This document shows, one piece after another, positions 50,197-60,100 of a DNA stretch of 64,000 bases. The position numbers and the translations under genes are program-made. How positions within the stretch are numbered: position 1 is the stretch's first letter; each line of letters starts with the position of its first letter. The stretch lies in assembly GCA_046861385.1 (NCBI GenBank), contig JBHHTW010000005.1:1-64000 (forward strand), read 5' to 3'. Below the pieces are notes generated by a model. That model saw only the letters and a program-made list of their open reading frames with translations, was not told the origin of the DNA and did no database searches. The DNA comes from Fidelibacterota bacterium (lineage in GTDB: Bacteria > Fidelibacterota > Marinisomatia > Marinisomatales > TCS55).

Positions 50197-51628
50197 TGAT
50201 TTCTATATCTGAATAGGGGTGTCTAACACCTTCAATTTCTTGATAAGTCTCCCGACCCTTTCCTAAAACGACCAAAACGTCATTTTCCTCCAATTGGCTT
50301 AAAGCTTTCCTCAAAGCTATTCCCCGATTATTAACTATTTCATAACGATTTGATGACAAGCCGGTAGAAATATCTTTTACAATGTCATCCTGATTTTCAT
50401 ACCGTGGATTATCTGGTGTGATATAAAAGAAAGCCGCATATTGTTCAACTAATCTACCCATAAGAGGTCGGTTAGAAGCATCTCTGTTGCCTCCGCATCC
50501 AAAAAGTACGATCATTTTTCCGTCTGCTTTCACCAGTCCATAAATTGTACTCAATACTTTTTCATACGCATCCGGTGTATGGGCATAATCGACAATAATC
50601 TGAGCTCCATTCGCAGAAGTAAATTTTTCCATGCGTCCGGAAACGATTCTGCATTTATTGATACCATTTCTGATTGTACCCATAGGAAGTCCTATTGCAA
50701 TAGTCGCTCCAACCGCAGATAATATATTTTCTTTATTAAAATCCCCAATTAGGGATGAATCGATCTGAATTTTGTGGTGTCCTGCGGAAATTAACCCTTT
50801 AATCCCCTTTAAAGTAGATTGCACCTCTTTGAAATAAATATCAGATTTGTTTTCGGGAGAAAATTTCAGAACAGGTGCCGTACTCTTCTCTGATAGACGC
50901 AAACCATATTCATCATTTGTATTAATGATCGAAGTTGCCGAGAGCGGAAGGGAAGTAAATAATTTCGCCTTTGCGTAAAAATAATCTTCCATACTACCAT
51001 GATAATCAAGATGTTCAGGAGATAGATTGGTAAAAACAGTAACATCAAACTCAATATCTGCAACTCGATATTGATGAATGGCATGAGAAGAAACTTCCAT
51101 AACAATATGGGTAAAATTATCATCAGCGAGATCTCGCAAAAGTTTTTGCAAATTGATGGCATCCATTGTTGTGAGCGTTTTAGATTGCTCATGACCCGCA
51201 GCAATGACTCCCAATGTACCTAATTGAGCCGTTTTGCATCCTGCTTCATTCAATATGGATGTAATTAGAGTTGCGGTACTTGTTTTACCGTTTGTTCCGG
51301 TTATGCCAATCACAAACAATTCTTTTGAAGGATTTCCATAATATTCCGCTGCAACATAAGAAGCAGCCTTTCTCGGATTAGATACTTTGACTTGTGGAAC
51401 AGCGAGAACCCCGACATCCCGACCGTTAGTGATGACAGCTGATGCACCATTATCCAACGCTTCCGGAATGAAATCGTGACCGTCTGCGGAGGTTCCATAA
51501 ACAGCAATATAAAGGTCACCCGGCTTCACATCTTTGGAATGTAATCGTATTTTGTTTATCGGTGTTGCCGGGATATCTTCCGTTGACGCCATAATTCCTT
51601 TAACCAGTTGATTTAGAGGTATTCTCAT
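50165..51628 (-). CDS. murE: UDP-MurNAc-dipeptide--meso-DAP ligase
   Basis: ITGTNGKTS, MEVSSH, VDYAHTPD and the DNPR meso-DAP motif; start set at ATG 51628 overlapping the ftsI stop. Confidence 0.97.
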   Translation of the reverse strand: MRIPLNQLVKGIMASTEDIPATPINKIRLHSKDVKPGDLYIAVYGTSADGHDFIPEALDNGASAVITNGRDVGVLAVPQVKVSNPRKAASYVAAEYYGNPSKELFVIGITGTNGKTSTATLITSILNEAGCKTAQLGTLGVIAAGHEQSKTLTTMDAINLQKLLRDLADDNFTHIVMEVSSHAIHQYRVADIEFDVTVFTNLSPEHLDYHGSMEDYFYAKAKLFTSLPLSATSIINTNDEYGLRLSEKSTAPVLKFSPENKSDIYFKEVQSTLKGIKGLISAGHHKIQIDSSLIGDFNKENILSAVGATIAIGLPMGTIRNGINKCRIVSGRMEKFTSANGAQIIVDYAHTPDAYEKVLSTIYGLVKADGKMIVLFGCGGNRDASNRPLMGRLVEQYAAFFYITPDNPRYENQDDIVKDISTGLSSNRYEIVNNRGIALRKALSQLEENDVLVVLGKGRETYQEIEGVRHPYSDIEIIEKFCANSNS

Positions 51629-53622
51629 TTTAATCCTATACTGCATATAGAGCTATTAGCGACGATAGTTCCCGGCTTTGGGCTCTGCCACACCACTTTT
51701 CCTGACCCCGTGAAATTTGTATGCAATCCTAATTTCCTAAGTACGGTTCTTGCTTTTCTCAAGCTCATGCCTCGGACCTCAGGCATATAGAATTTTCCTT
51801 CTTTAGTTTGAGCGACTTTCATTATCTGCATTTGGTTGGATAAAGCCACTGGGCTGTTTACTGCATCACCCTGAGTATGTGGGAGGGGTAGACTTTCTTG
51901 AGCCCATTGCGGGTCTTTTGAGATCGTCCGCGGTTTAAAGCGGCGTATGGAATCGTCCATATTAATGATTCGTTCCATAACGCGGCGAAATACGGGTGCT
52001 GCTCCGTAACCACCCCAGTGGTATCCAATTTTTGGTTCGTCAAGTACGATTACACAAACGAGTTGAGGATTATCTGCCGGTAGAAATCCAGCAAAGTTGG
52101 AAATAAATTTTTTATTTGAATAATGGTCACCAATAAATTTTTGAGCTGTCCCGGTTTTTCCGGCTACAGGCCAACCATTAATCGCCGCATTCGTCCCGGT
52201 TCCGGTTTCAACTACTCTGCAAAGGATATCCACCATAGTGCCAAGTACATCCTTCGAAGATATTTTGCGAACGACCTCAGGTTTTTCAGAATAAATAATT
52301 TTACCATCAGATGAGATAATCTGATTTACCAACCTGGGTTTCATTAAAAAACCGCCGTTTGCAATCGCTGCGTAAGCCATGCCTAACTGTAAGGTTGTTA
52401 CACCTACTTCATGACCCAAAGAAATTTCAGCCAGAGATATATGGCTCCATTCATTGACACGCCTTAAAGTGCCTGGATTCTCACCATCAATCGAAATATT
52501 TGTCGGAGTCCCAAATCCAAAATTTCTACTGTATTTATAAAGTTTTGATGGTCCCAACGTTTCAGCAATTTTTATGACACCGACATTGCTGGAATTTTCA
52601 ATGATCTGTGGTAAAGTTAATAATCCGAAATTACCCCAGTCTTTGATTTTTTTCCCGGCAAATTCATAACTGCCGTTTTCACAATTGAATTCTTGCCATA
52701 GCGAAACAGTATTCTGGTCTAACGCACCTAAAGCAGTAACTATTTTATACGTTGAACCTGGTTCAAACTGGTCTGAAATCACTCTATTGCGCCGCCAGGA
52801 TAAATCAGATCTTCCAGGATAGTTTGGGTCAAAATCAGGAGCGGATGACATGGCTAAAATCGCTCCATTTTGAGGGTTAATTATGAGCCCCATAGCAGAT
52901 GAGGCTTCTGTTTTCTTTACTTGTGCATACAGTTCCTCTTGCAGAATAGCTTGGTACTCCAAATCCAGGGTTAATTGAATATTAGCGCCATCTATCGGTG
53001 GTTCCATCGGGAAATTCGTTTTAAATATAGATTTCCCTTTCCCACTCATTTGTTTTATCACCCAGCCGGGAGTACCTGTTAAGTATTTGTTAAATTTTTG
53101 CTCTAATCCGGCAATTCCCAAGTCATCAATATTGACAAATCCCAAAATTTGTGACGCGATATTCTCATGAGGGTAATAACGACGCGAGTCCCTTTCAATG
53201 ATAATACCATAAGGTTGATCGATCAAAATATCTTCACATTGCGATCGTTGGAGATTGCGTTCCAGATAGACAAAACTTTTATTGGAATCTAATTTTTTCA
53301 GATATTCTTTTGGATCTCTTCCGGTGCACGCGCTTATTTTATCCGCTAATTCTTGTTTGTTGTGAATTTTGAATGGATGAACGCCTAAAGAATAATGAAT
53401 AATATTCCGAGTTAATGAAATGTTATTGCGATCAAATATGTTTCCCCTCACGGGTCGCAATGGTTCTTGTACTCGCCCCTGCGCCAACCCTTTCATTCGA
53501 AGAGATTCACCATCAATGATTTGAATTTTGAACAATCGTATAGACAGGCCTATCCAACACAGGAAAATAATACCAGAAATAAATATTACACGGGACCGAT
53601 ATTTTAAATAGGTCTTAGTCAA
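51625..53622 (-). CDS. ftsI: Class B penicillin-binding protein FtsI with C-terminal PASTA domain
   Basis: RGNIFDRN, EPGSTYK, SSN and KTGT; PASTA MPEVRGMSLRKA. Confidence 0.95.
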   Translation of the reverse strand: MTKTYLKYRSRVIFISGIIFLCWIGLSIRLFKIQIIDGESLRMKGLAQGRVQEPLRPVRGNIFDRNNISLTRNIIHYSLGVHPFKIHNKQELADKISACTGRDPKEYLKKLDSNKSFVYLERNLQRSQCEDILIDQPYGIIIERDSRRYYPHENIASQILGFVNIDDLGIAGLEQKFNKYLTGTPGWVIKQMSGKGKSIFKTNFPMEPPIDGANIQLTLDLEYQAILQEELYAQVKKTEASSAMGLIINPQNGAILAMSSAPDFDPNYPGRSDLSWRRNRVISDQFEPGSTYKIVTALGALDQNTVSLWQEFNCENGSYEFAGKKIKDWGNFGLLTLPQIIENSSNVGVIKIAETLGPSKLYKYSRNFGFGTPTNISIDGENPGTLRRVNEWSHISLAEISLGHEVGVTTLQLGMAYAAIANGGFLMKPRLVNQIISSDGKIIYSEKPEVVRKISSKDVLGTMVDILCRVVETGTGTNAAINGWPVAGKTGTAQKFIGDHYSNKKFISNFAGFLPADNPQLVCVIVLDEPKIGYHWGGYGAAPVFRRVMERIINMDDSIRRFKPRTISKDPQWAQESLPLPHTQGDAVNSPVALSNQMQIMKVAQTKEGKFYMPEVRGMSLRKARTVLRKLGLHTNFTGSGKVVWQSPKPGTIVANSSICSIGLK

Positions 53623-53953
53623 GAGAATTCTCCATTACAATTGGGTCAACAAACACAGAAATGGATTCAGGATCAGCAACAACCATCCCCAATTCATTTC
53701 TGGCTACTGTCGTAATTCGGTCAACACGATTTAACAGTTCAATCTTGCCTTTTAATTCTTTGACTGTATTATTTAATTCTGAAAAAGTGGATTTTTGAAT
53801 TTCGATTGCCATCATTGTTTCATCTATTTCAGTATATACCCATAAATAAATTATCAGGCCTCCAATCGAGAGAACTGTCACCAGAAAAAATGATAATGTT
53901 TGAAAAAAATCTCGGTACTTATTTTTCATTTTCGATTTACGTTTTTTGGTCAT
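53615..53953 (-). CDS. ftsL: Cell division protein FtsL
   Basis: Single TM plus coiled coil ending RITTVARNELGM; lies between rsmH and ftsI. Confidence 0.85.
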   Translation of the reverse strand: MTKKRKSKMKNKYRDFFQTLSFFLVTVLSIGGLIIYLWVYTEIDETMMAIEIQKSTFSELNNTVKELKGKIELLNRVDRITTVARNELGMVVADPESISVFVDPIVMENSLD

Positions 53954-54846
53954 TATATCCTTTCTGCTGCGCGCAGTTTTGCGCTTCTGGCGCGGGAATT
54001 ATCTGCTATCTCTTTATTGGTGGGTCGAAGAGGTTTTTTTGTTAAGATGGATACTACATTTTTATTGGACAGATCTTTGAATGAATGTTTCACTATTCTA
54101 TCTTCCAGTGAATGATAACTCAAAATGACGATTCTTCCTTTAGGTGCTAAATAATTGGCAAAATTTTCTAAGAATTTTTGTAAACGTGTTAATTCATCAT
54201 TAACAGCAATTCGCAGAGCCTGGAAAACTCTCGCCAATGAATTTTTTCGATGGTTCGGTGGAGTGCTTCTTCGTATCGCTTCTTTTAAATCGGACACTGT
54301 GTTCATTGAATCCATATTTTTTATAGATCTCGCTATTCTTCTGGATAGTCGCTCTTCTCCATAATTGTAAAGGATGTCTGCTAATTCTTTTTCCGTTTTA
54401 GAAAAAATGAGTTGGGCAGCTGTTTGCCCGTCAGAAGAATTAAAACGCATGTCCAAAGAACCATTAGACTTGAAACCAAAACCTCTGGAGGAGGAATCCA
54501 GCTGGAAGGAAGATAAACCCAAGTCAAGTAATATACCATTCACGACCGATATACCCTCGTCCTGAAGAATTTTAGGGAATAATTCGTACGAGGTATGGAG
54601 GCAGGAGAAGGCACGGCTGTCTGATAGTCGTTCTTTGCAAATTGCCAGAGCCTTCTCGTCGCGGTCAAGTCCGATTAACCTCCCTGAAGCTGAAAGGGCA
54701 TTCAGTATCTGTGCAGCGTGCCCGCCGAGACCTACTGTCCCGTCGAGATAAATTCCATTCCGGTTCGTGATGAGAAAATTCATCGCTTCGTGAATCATCA
54801 CCGGAATATGGAGCGACTTGGTTTCCGGCGTTGAATTTTTGTTCAT
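53953..54846 (-). CDS. rsmH: 16S rRNA m4C1402 methyltransferase
   Basis: HIPVM, DGTVGLGGH, DLGLSSFQLD, FQALRIAVN and SYHSLEDR. Confidence 0.98.
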   Translation of the reverse strand: MNKNSTPETKSLHIPVMIHEAMNFLITNRNGIYLDGTVGLGGHAAQILNALSASGRLIGLDRDEKALAICKERLSDSRAFSCLHTSYELFPKILQDEGISVVNGILLDLGLSSFQLDSSSRGFGFKSNGSLDMRFNSSDGQTAAQLIFSKTEKELADILYNYGEERLSRRIARSIKNMDSMNTVSDLKEAIRRSTPPNHRKNSLARVFQALRIAVNDELTRLQKFLENFANYLAPKGRIVILSYHSLEDRIVKHSFKDLSNKNVVSILTKKPLRPTNKEIADNSRARSAKLRAAERI

Positions 54847-55310
54847 TATAAAATAATTTTTTCTGATAGTTCATCGTAAGCCGACGAGTCCAATTCTGTT
54901 GCTTGATTTTCAATTCTTGATAATTCCGCCGCATTCCATATTTCAATTTTATTGATCATTCCAATAATCAAGGCATCATTATCGATATTGGCATAATCCA
55001 TCAGTTGAGGCGAGAGAATGATTCGACCTTGTTTATCAAATTTAACAGGTGAAGCATACCGAGCTGTACTGCGGATAAATGATCTATTGATCGGTGAGAT
55101 AGCAGATAGTTCTTTCAAATTGTCTTCGATATACTGCCAACCCGTAAGAGGGTAAACCCAGATACAGGGATCCATTCCCCGGGTGATAACAAATGTGTTA
55201 TCGTTTTCCGGAGCAAGGCTCTGTCGAAATTTAGCAGGAATATTGACACGACCTTTCGCATCAATTGTATAGGAATACTCTCCTATAAATGTATCTTGAT
55301 TGATTGTCAT
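54846..55310 (-). CDS. mraZ: Transcriptional regulator MraZ
   Basis: DAKGRVNIPAKFR and DKQGRI repeats; start set at ATG 55310. Confidence 0.96.
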   Translation of the reverse strand: MTINQDTFIGEYSYTIDAKGRVNIPAKFRQSLAPENDNTFVITRGMDPCIWVYPLTGWQYIEDNLKELSAISPINRSFIRSTARYASPVKFDKQGRIILSPQLMDYANIDNDALIIGMINKIEIWNAAELSRIENQATELDSSAYDELSEKIIL

Positions 55311-55371
55311 ACCCACTTAAGTTTGTTTTGAATTACCCACAATTACCCACAATATATTTCACTCTACCCAC
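55310..55371 (-). promoter_or_regulatory. MraZ-binding direct repeats (GTGGGTA x4)
   Basis: TACCCAC on the + strand at 55310, 55334, 55344 and 55365; the central two have 10-bp periodicity. Confidence 0.8.
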
Positions 55372-55426
55372 TTATGTCAACTTATTTTATAAAGGTATTT
55401 AATAATTTTCTGTTTTTTTAGACGAG

Positions 55427-55452
55427 AAAAAGCTTCAACCGATAGTTGAAGT
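55427..55452 (-). terminator. Probable terminator downstream of the rodZ-like gene
   Basis: Minus strand ACTTCAAC-tatcg-GTTGAAGC followed by TTTTT. Confidence 0.6.
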
Positions 55453-55480
55453 CAAGTGGGAAGTTAAAGTAATCTTTTAA

Positions 55481-56311
55481 CTATCTTTGGGGAATGTAGT
55501 GCTTAACGGTGACCGTGCTTGGGTCAGAAATGAATTCAATATCTGCAGGATGAGAGTAATCACCAAGCTCATCAACTTCAACACCATTTATATAAAGGGT
55601 AGTTCCCGCAGTTTGATTCAATCTTATATGAAATTTACTATCAAAGGGAAGACTGTATTCTTCGCCCGGAGGAAGAATACCTGATCGAGTAGTGGATGTA
55701 TCGATTTTAACACTGTACCAAATGCGTTCATCTGATATGATTTTCATTTTAAATGGAAAAGTGACAGTCATTGCAACAGTTTGAGATACTGCTTCTACGT
55801 AGTCATTTGTTAAAATATCATCGGTGATGATTGCCGGATTGTTCGTCAAAACAATTTCACCATTTTGGAGAGATGCTGCACTGTCTTCAGAATTGATTTT
55901 TTTTATAATGAATATGGCAAATAGAAAGATGATTAATAAAACAACACCTTTGATTAAATCCTCTCGAATTTTCGTTGGAGGTCTGGAGTGTGATGGTGGT
56001 TTCAATTTCGCATCTTTTTGATCATCTATCGATGCTTCTTTTGTAAAGACGGGTTTTTTTGGAATCCTTCTACCTTCTTTACTGGCTTGAAAAATATCCA
56101 ATTGGTGCAATGCTTCATCGGGATCACCACCCAGTTCAACAACATATGCCCTCAAAAATAAGCGTACGTAAGGCAATGGTAAGATTTCAAATTGACCTTC
56201 TTCAATCGCTGTTAAATAATCAATATTGATTTTTGTTCTGGAATGGATTTCTTCCAGCTCAATATTTTGCGACTGCCTTTTTTCTTTGAGGTCTTTAAAG
56301 AATTCGTTCAT
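55481..56311 (-). CDS. rodZ: RodZ-like HTH-TM-DUF4115 protein
   Basis: N-terminal HTH (LEEIHSRTKINIDYLTAIEEG...YVRLFLRAY), one TM and a C-terminal beta domain. Confidence 0.8.
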   Translation of the reverse strand: MNEFFKDLKEKRQSQNIELEEIHSRTKINIDYLTAIEEGQFEILPLPYVRLFLRAYVVELGGDPDEALHQLDIFQASKEGRRIPKKPVFTKEASIDDQKDAKLKPPSHSRPPTKIREDLIKGVVLLIIFLFAIFIIKKINSEDSAASLQNGEIVLTNNPAIITDDILTNDYVEAVSQTVAMTVTFPFKMKIISDERIWYSVKIDTSTTRSGILPPGEEYSLPFDSKFHIRLNQTAGTTLYINGVEVDELGDYSHPADIEFISDPSTVTVKHYIPQR

Positions 56312-56373
56312 AATGATTCAATGAATAGGGGAGAAACTTAACCGACCGTATGCTTCGTTATCAATATAAATGT

Positions 56374-56961
56374 CTATTTATTTACAATATGTTTATAGTG
56401 TTTAAAAAATGCTGATAAGGGAAAACCCATTACGTTATAAAAACAACCATTTATTTTTTTTACATTAACCGAAAACCAATCCTGGATTCCATAACTTCCA
56501 GCTTTATCAAATGGTCTGTAAGTCTCAATATAATTAGATATAGTACTATCTGAAAGATTCATAAACGTTACCTTTGTTTTTTCAAAAAATGTACGACTGA
56601 TTTGATGGTTAATATGGTTTAATGACACTCCTGTGAAAACAGAATGTGTTCGGTCTGATAATGATTTTAACATAGCAAAACTTTCTTTTTTATCTTTAGG
56701 TTTGCCAAGAATTTTACCATCCAGCACGACAATAGTATCTGCACCGATTACTAAATAATTTTGGTTTTTACTAGCAATATCAAGAGATTTTTCTTTTGCA
56801 TAAAACTTGACAAATTCTTCAGGAGACAAACTGATATTAAAATCTTCGTGTATTTTGCTAGGGGCTACATCAAAGGTTAAATTGATCATTTCCAGAAGTT
56901 GTTTTCTTCTCGGAGAAGCAGAGGCGAGGATAATAGGGAACAGTTGCAAATTATTATTCAA
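56374..56961 (-). CDS. maf: Maf family nucleotide pyrophosphatase
   Basis: IILASASPRR, IGADTIV and DKAGSYGIQ; start probably TTG 56961 (195 aa). Confidence 0.93.
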   Translation of the reverse strand: MNNNLQLFPIILASASPRRKQLLEMINLTFDVAPSKIHEDFNISLSPEEFVKFYAKEKSLDIASKNQNYLVIGADTIVVLDGKILGKPKDKKESFAMLKSLSDRTHSVFTGVSLNHINHQISRTFFEKTKVTFMNLSDSTISNYIETYRPFDKAGSYGIQDWFSVNVKKINGCFYNVMGFPLSAFFKHYKHIVNK

Positions 56962-56962
56962 A

Positions 56963-57136
56963 TTAGATTTGATTGTTATCCCAAAGTGCCGCGACATTTT
57001 TTGGTAAAATACACCAGGGTTTTTCATCTCGTCCCTCTTCAGCAAGCCGAAAACCTAATATTTTGTGGTACCGTTCTACGGCATCTTTAAAATTATGGGT
57101 ACTTAAGTTAAAATGATCCATTCGTGTAACACTCAT
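56963..57136 (-). pseudogene. Truncated VOC/glyoxalase family gene remnant (57 aa)
   Basis: MSVTRMDHFNLSTHNFKDAVERYHKILGFRL matches the VOC N-terminal motif, but the ORF is about half domain length. Confidence 0.6.
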
Positions 57137-57149
57137 CTTAGAAATCGTA

Positions 57150-60100
57150 CTATTGGAATTTAGCAAGTTTCTTTATTACTGAAACTGTTTGATTACCATC
57201 ATTTGCTTTCAGACGATACAAATATACTCCGTTCGCTAAGCGCTCACCGTAGGCATCTCTGCCGTTCCAGTTAATATAATGATAACCTTCGGAAAATTGC
57301 TCTTCTGGAATGCTCATAATTCGTCGTCCACCAAGGGTGAAGATATCAATAGAAACGTTTGCATCGGATGTTAATTCAAAAGCGAATTGGGTTGTTGTCG
57401 AATAGGGGTTTGGAAAATTCAGGACATTAAATATATTTAAAGTTTGATTTTCAAACAGGTACAATGTGAATTCCTTTTCTGATGGATTATTCGCATTATC
57501 CCATGCTTTTATATGAAGAGAGAGAGGTGAATCTGTCCCATCATGGGGGAATTGTATCACTCCGGTTGTAATACTATTTTCATCATAAATGTATTGGGAG
57601 GACATATTTTTCTTCATGTCATCATTCAGATTTGATACTATAATCTCATGACCAACTTCACCGGTGAGGTTGATTCCGATCGGATCGGATATCCGAATAA
57701 TTATTTTTTCATCTTTCTGTAAATGATCATTATCCTGAAGCAGTCGCCCCGTTTCTGTTTCAAGTGAAATAATGGGTCCCTGTGTGTCAGAAATCGGTTT
57801 ACCGCTTTTTAGAAAAATATTATTCAGTATTCCCAAAGCTTCCGTTGGTGGTTCCGAATTTAACTGTACATACGAATTTAGGTGGGCAGGGGTGGTTGAG
57901 TAAGATATATCTTTTGGTATTCTTAACCGGGCGCTAAAATTATTTTCAGTAATTGAAAATTGTCCTTTAAATAATATTGGCCCCGGCAAAGTATAGGATA
58001 TTTCTTGTGTTTTTGAATTAATGATATATTGTCTGGTAACATCTCGATCTGCATCAGCAAGCCTAATTACTCCAACACCGGATGCACCTGTTGGTGATGT
58101 TAATCTTCCAAAAACTCGTGCTGTATCCAGGGAGCTCAATGTGTCCGGTACAATATGGGTCATGTTAATTTCTTTTTCTGGGATTGGTAGTGGCATACTG
58201 GGATCGCCAAAAAGATGAAATAATTCGCCACTACTATTCCCATCTTTTACCGATTGCAATACAACTCCAATTGGGGCATCTGTCACGCTGAGATCAGGGA
58301 ATATTGCTTTAAATAATTTTACGATATAAGCAGCATTTGATGAAACTGCAATTGGGCGGCTGGTCGTAATAATGGATGAGGCTCCTTCCATAGGTTGGCG
58401 AATTAATTCCTCAGCAAATGACTCTTTGTCTAGGAAATCAAAATGTCCCCATGAACATGTTCCGGCAATCCAAACCGGTAATTTCATATTGGTTTCAATT
58501 TGACCTATATCCCCTCGATCCTGAACAAGGAGTTTTTCCTGGGCCCACTGATGCTCGGATCCATGACCAATATAATTAATAATGGCTGTTCCTTCAGTTA
58601 AAATATCGAACAAAGCTTCAGTGGCATCCGGTTTAATAACGCCGTATGAAGATGCATCACTTACTTCCGGATATTCCAGCATATATAATTTTTGAACTTC
58701 AATTCTTGGTGAAATAAATTTGGAGGCGTTTTCAGAATTTAATGTATGGCTTTTTCCGGTTGAAATAGATCCATGAGGTCCATCATCTTCTGGCCGAGCG
58801 CCATCGTCGGCGACTAAGGTAACGCGCTGGCGCCAATAGCCCAATACTGGATGTGTTTCGTACTCAATGATTTTCTCAACATAATCCTGAACTTCGTCAA
58901 CATTTTTCGCAGGAAATCGTCCAATTGCCAGGTCGGGTATGCGACCGCTGAACGCGGCAAGACGATCGTCAACAGCTCTATTTCCGTATGCACCTTTAAT
59001 AATTGTCGGTACTTTTATACCAGACTCACCGGAAATGTTTCTATAATCATAATCTGCGTCTCCCATGAATAGAACGCTATATGGAATCGGGTTTGACCAT
59101 TGCTCATTAGTCCATTGCAAAAACCTGCGAATCGCAGTTGGGTCAGCGTTTCCACCGGAGAATTCGTCGTAAATGGTTTCGAGGGGTATGAATTTTGAAC
59201 TCCCTCGATGGTCTGCCAATGGTTGGGAAGCCGATTCATATTTTCCAGGACCAATAATCAGATGATCTACACCAGCATTATTATGGCGCAGCTGGGTGAA
59301 GGAATGACCACTTATTAAATCCATATTTGTAATTGGACTAACATCAGTATCTTTAAAGAGGATAAATCGCATTAGTGTATCAGATGGTAAATCGACATTC
59401 ATTGAATAATTGGAATTATTAAATGCTATATCCACCATTTTTGGCTGTGTCACATCAGTAATATCCCATACATTGGGTGCGAGTGTTCCTGAAAAATTAA
59501 ATGAAACGGAGTTACCTGTAATCGGGGCAAAAAATTCAAAAGGACTATTATCTATATTTAATTTTCTCCCATAACGAATTGTAGCGTAATCAAAATGGGG
59601 AAAGGAATAGCTACTGGAGGTTGATTTGTTGTCCAGATAAATAAGGTTAACACCTTCTTTTAAGTCGAATCCATTGACCGAAAATTTCCCCGATCTTTGA
59701 TTTGCTCCCGAAAAAGTAATCGTATCCTTTGCAATTCCTCTTTCGTTGAGATATACGAATATTGTATGGTTTTTACTAATTCCTGATGTATTCATCACGT
59801 AGTCTAAATCTGTAAAGCTACCTCTAATTGATACCTTGATCTCTGCACTTACAGATGGTTCCGGATCATTAATTTTAGGAACCACGGTGAAGCTGGATCC
59901 TCGTCCAAAACCTGATCCAGTCCAGATTAACCCACCAAGAAATGGGTTAATAACATCATTTTCAATATGGATATACGATGTTGCATAATCCAAAGATAGA
60001 CTAGTCGTTGACGGACTGGCGGCAGTTTTAATTCGTTTACCTCTTATATTACTGTCATCAGGAATTAATAGCCAATAATGATTATCTGTAAAGTAGAGGT

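Noticed and set aside
56962-57045. N-terminal extension of Maf in the ORF track
   Set aside because: It overlaps the VOC remnant; a TTG start at 56961 gives a normal-length Maf.
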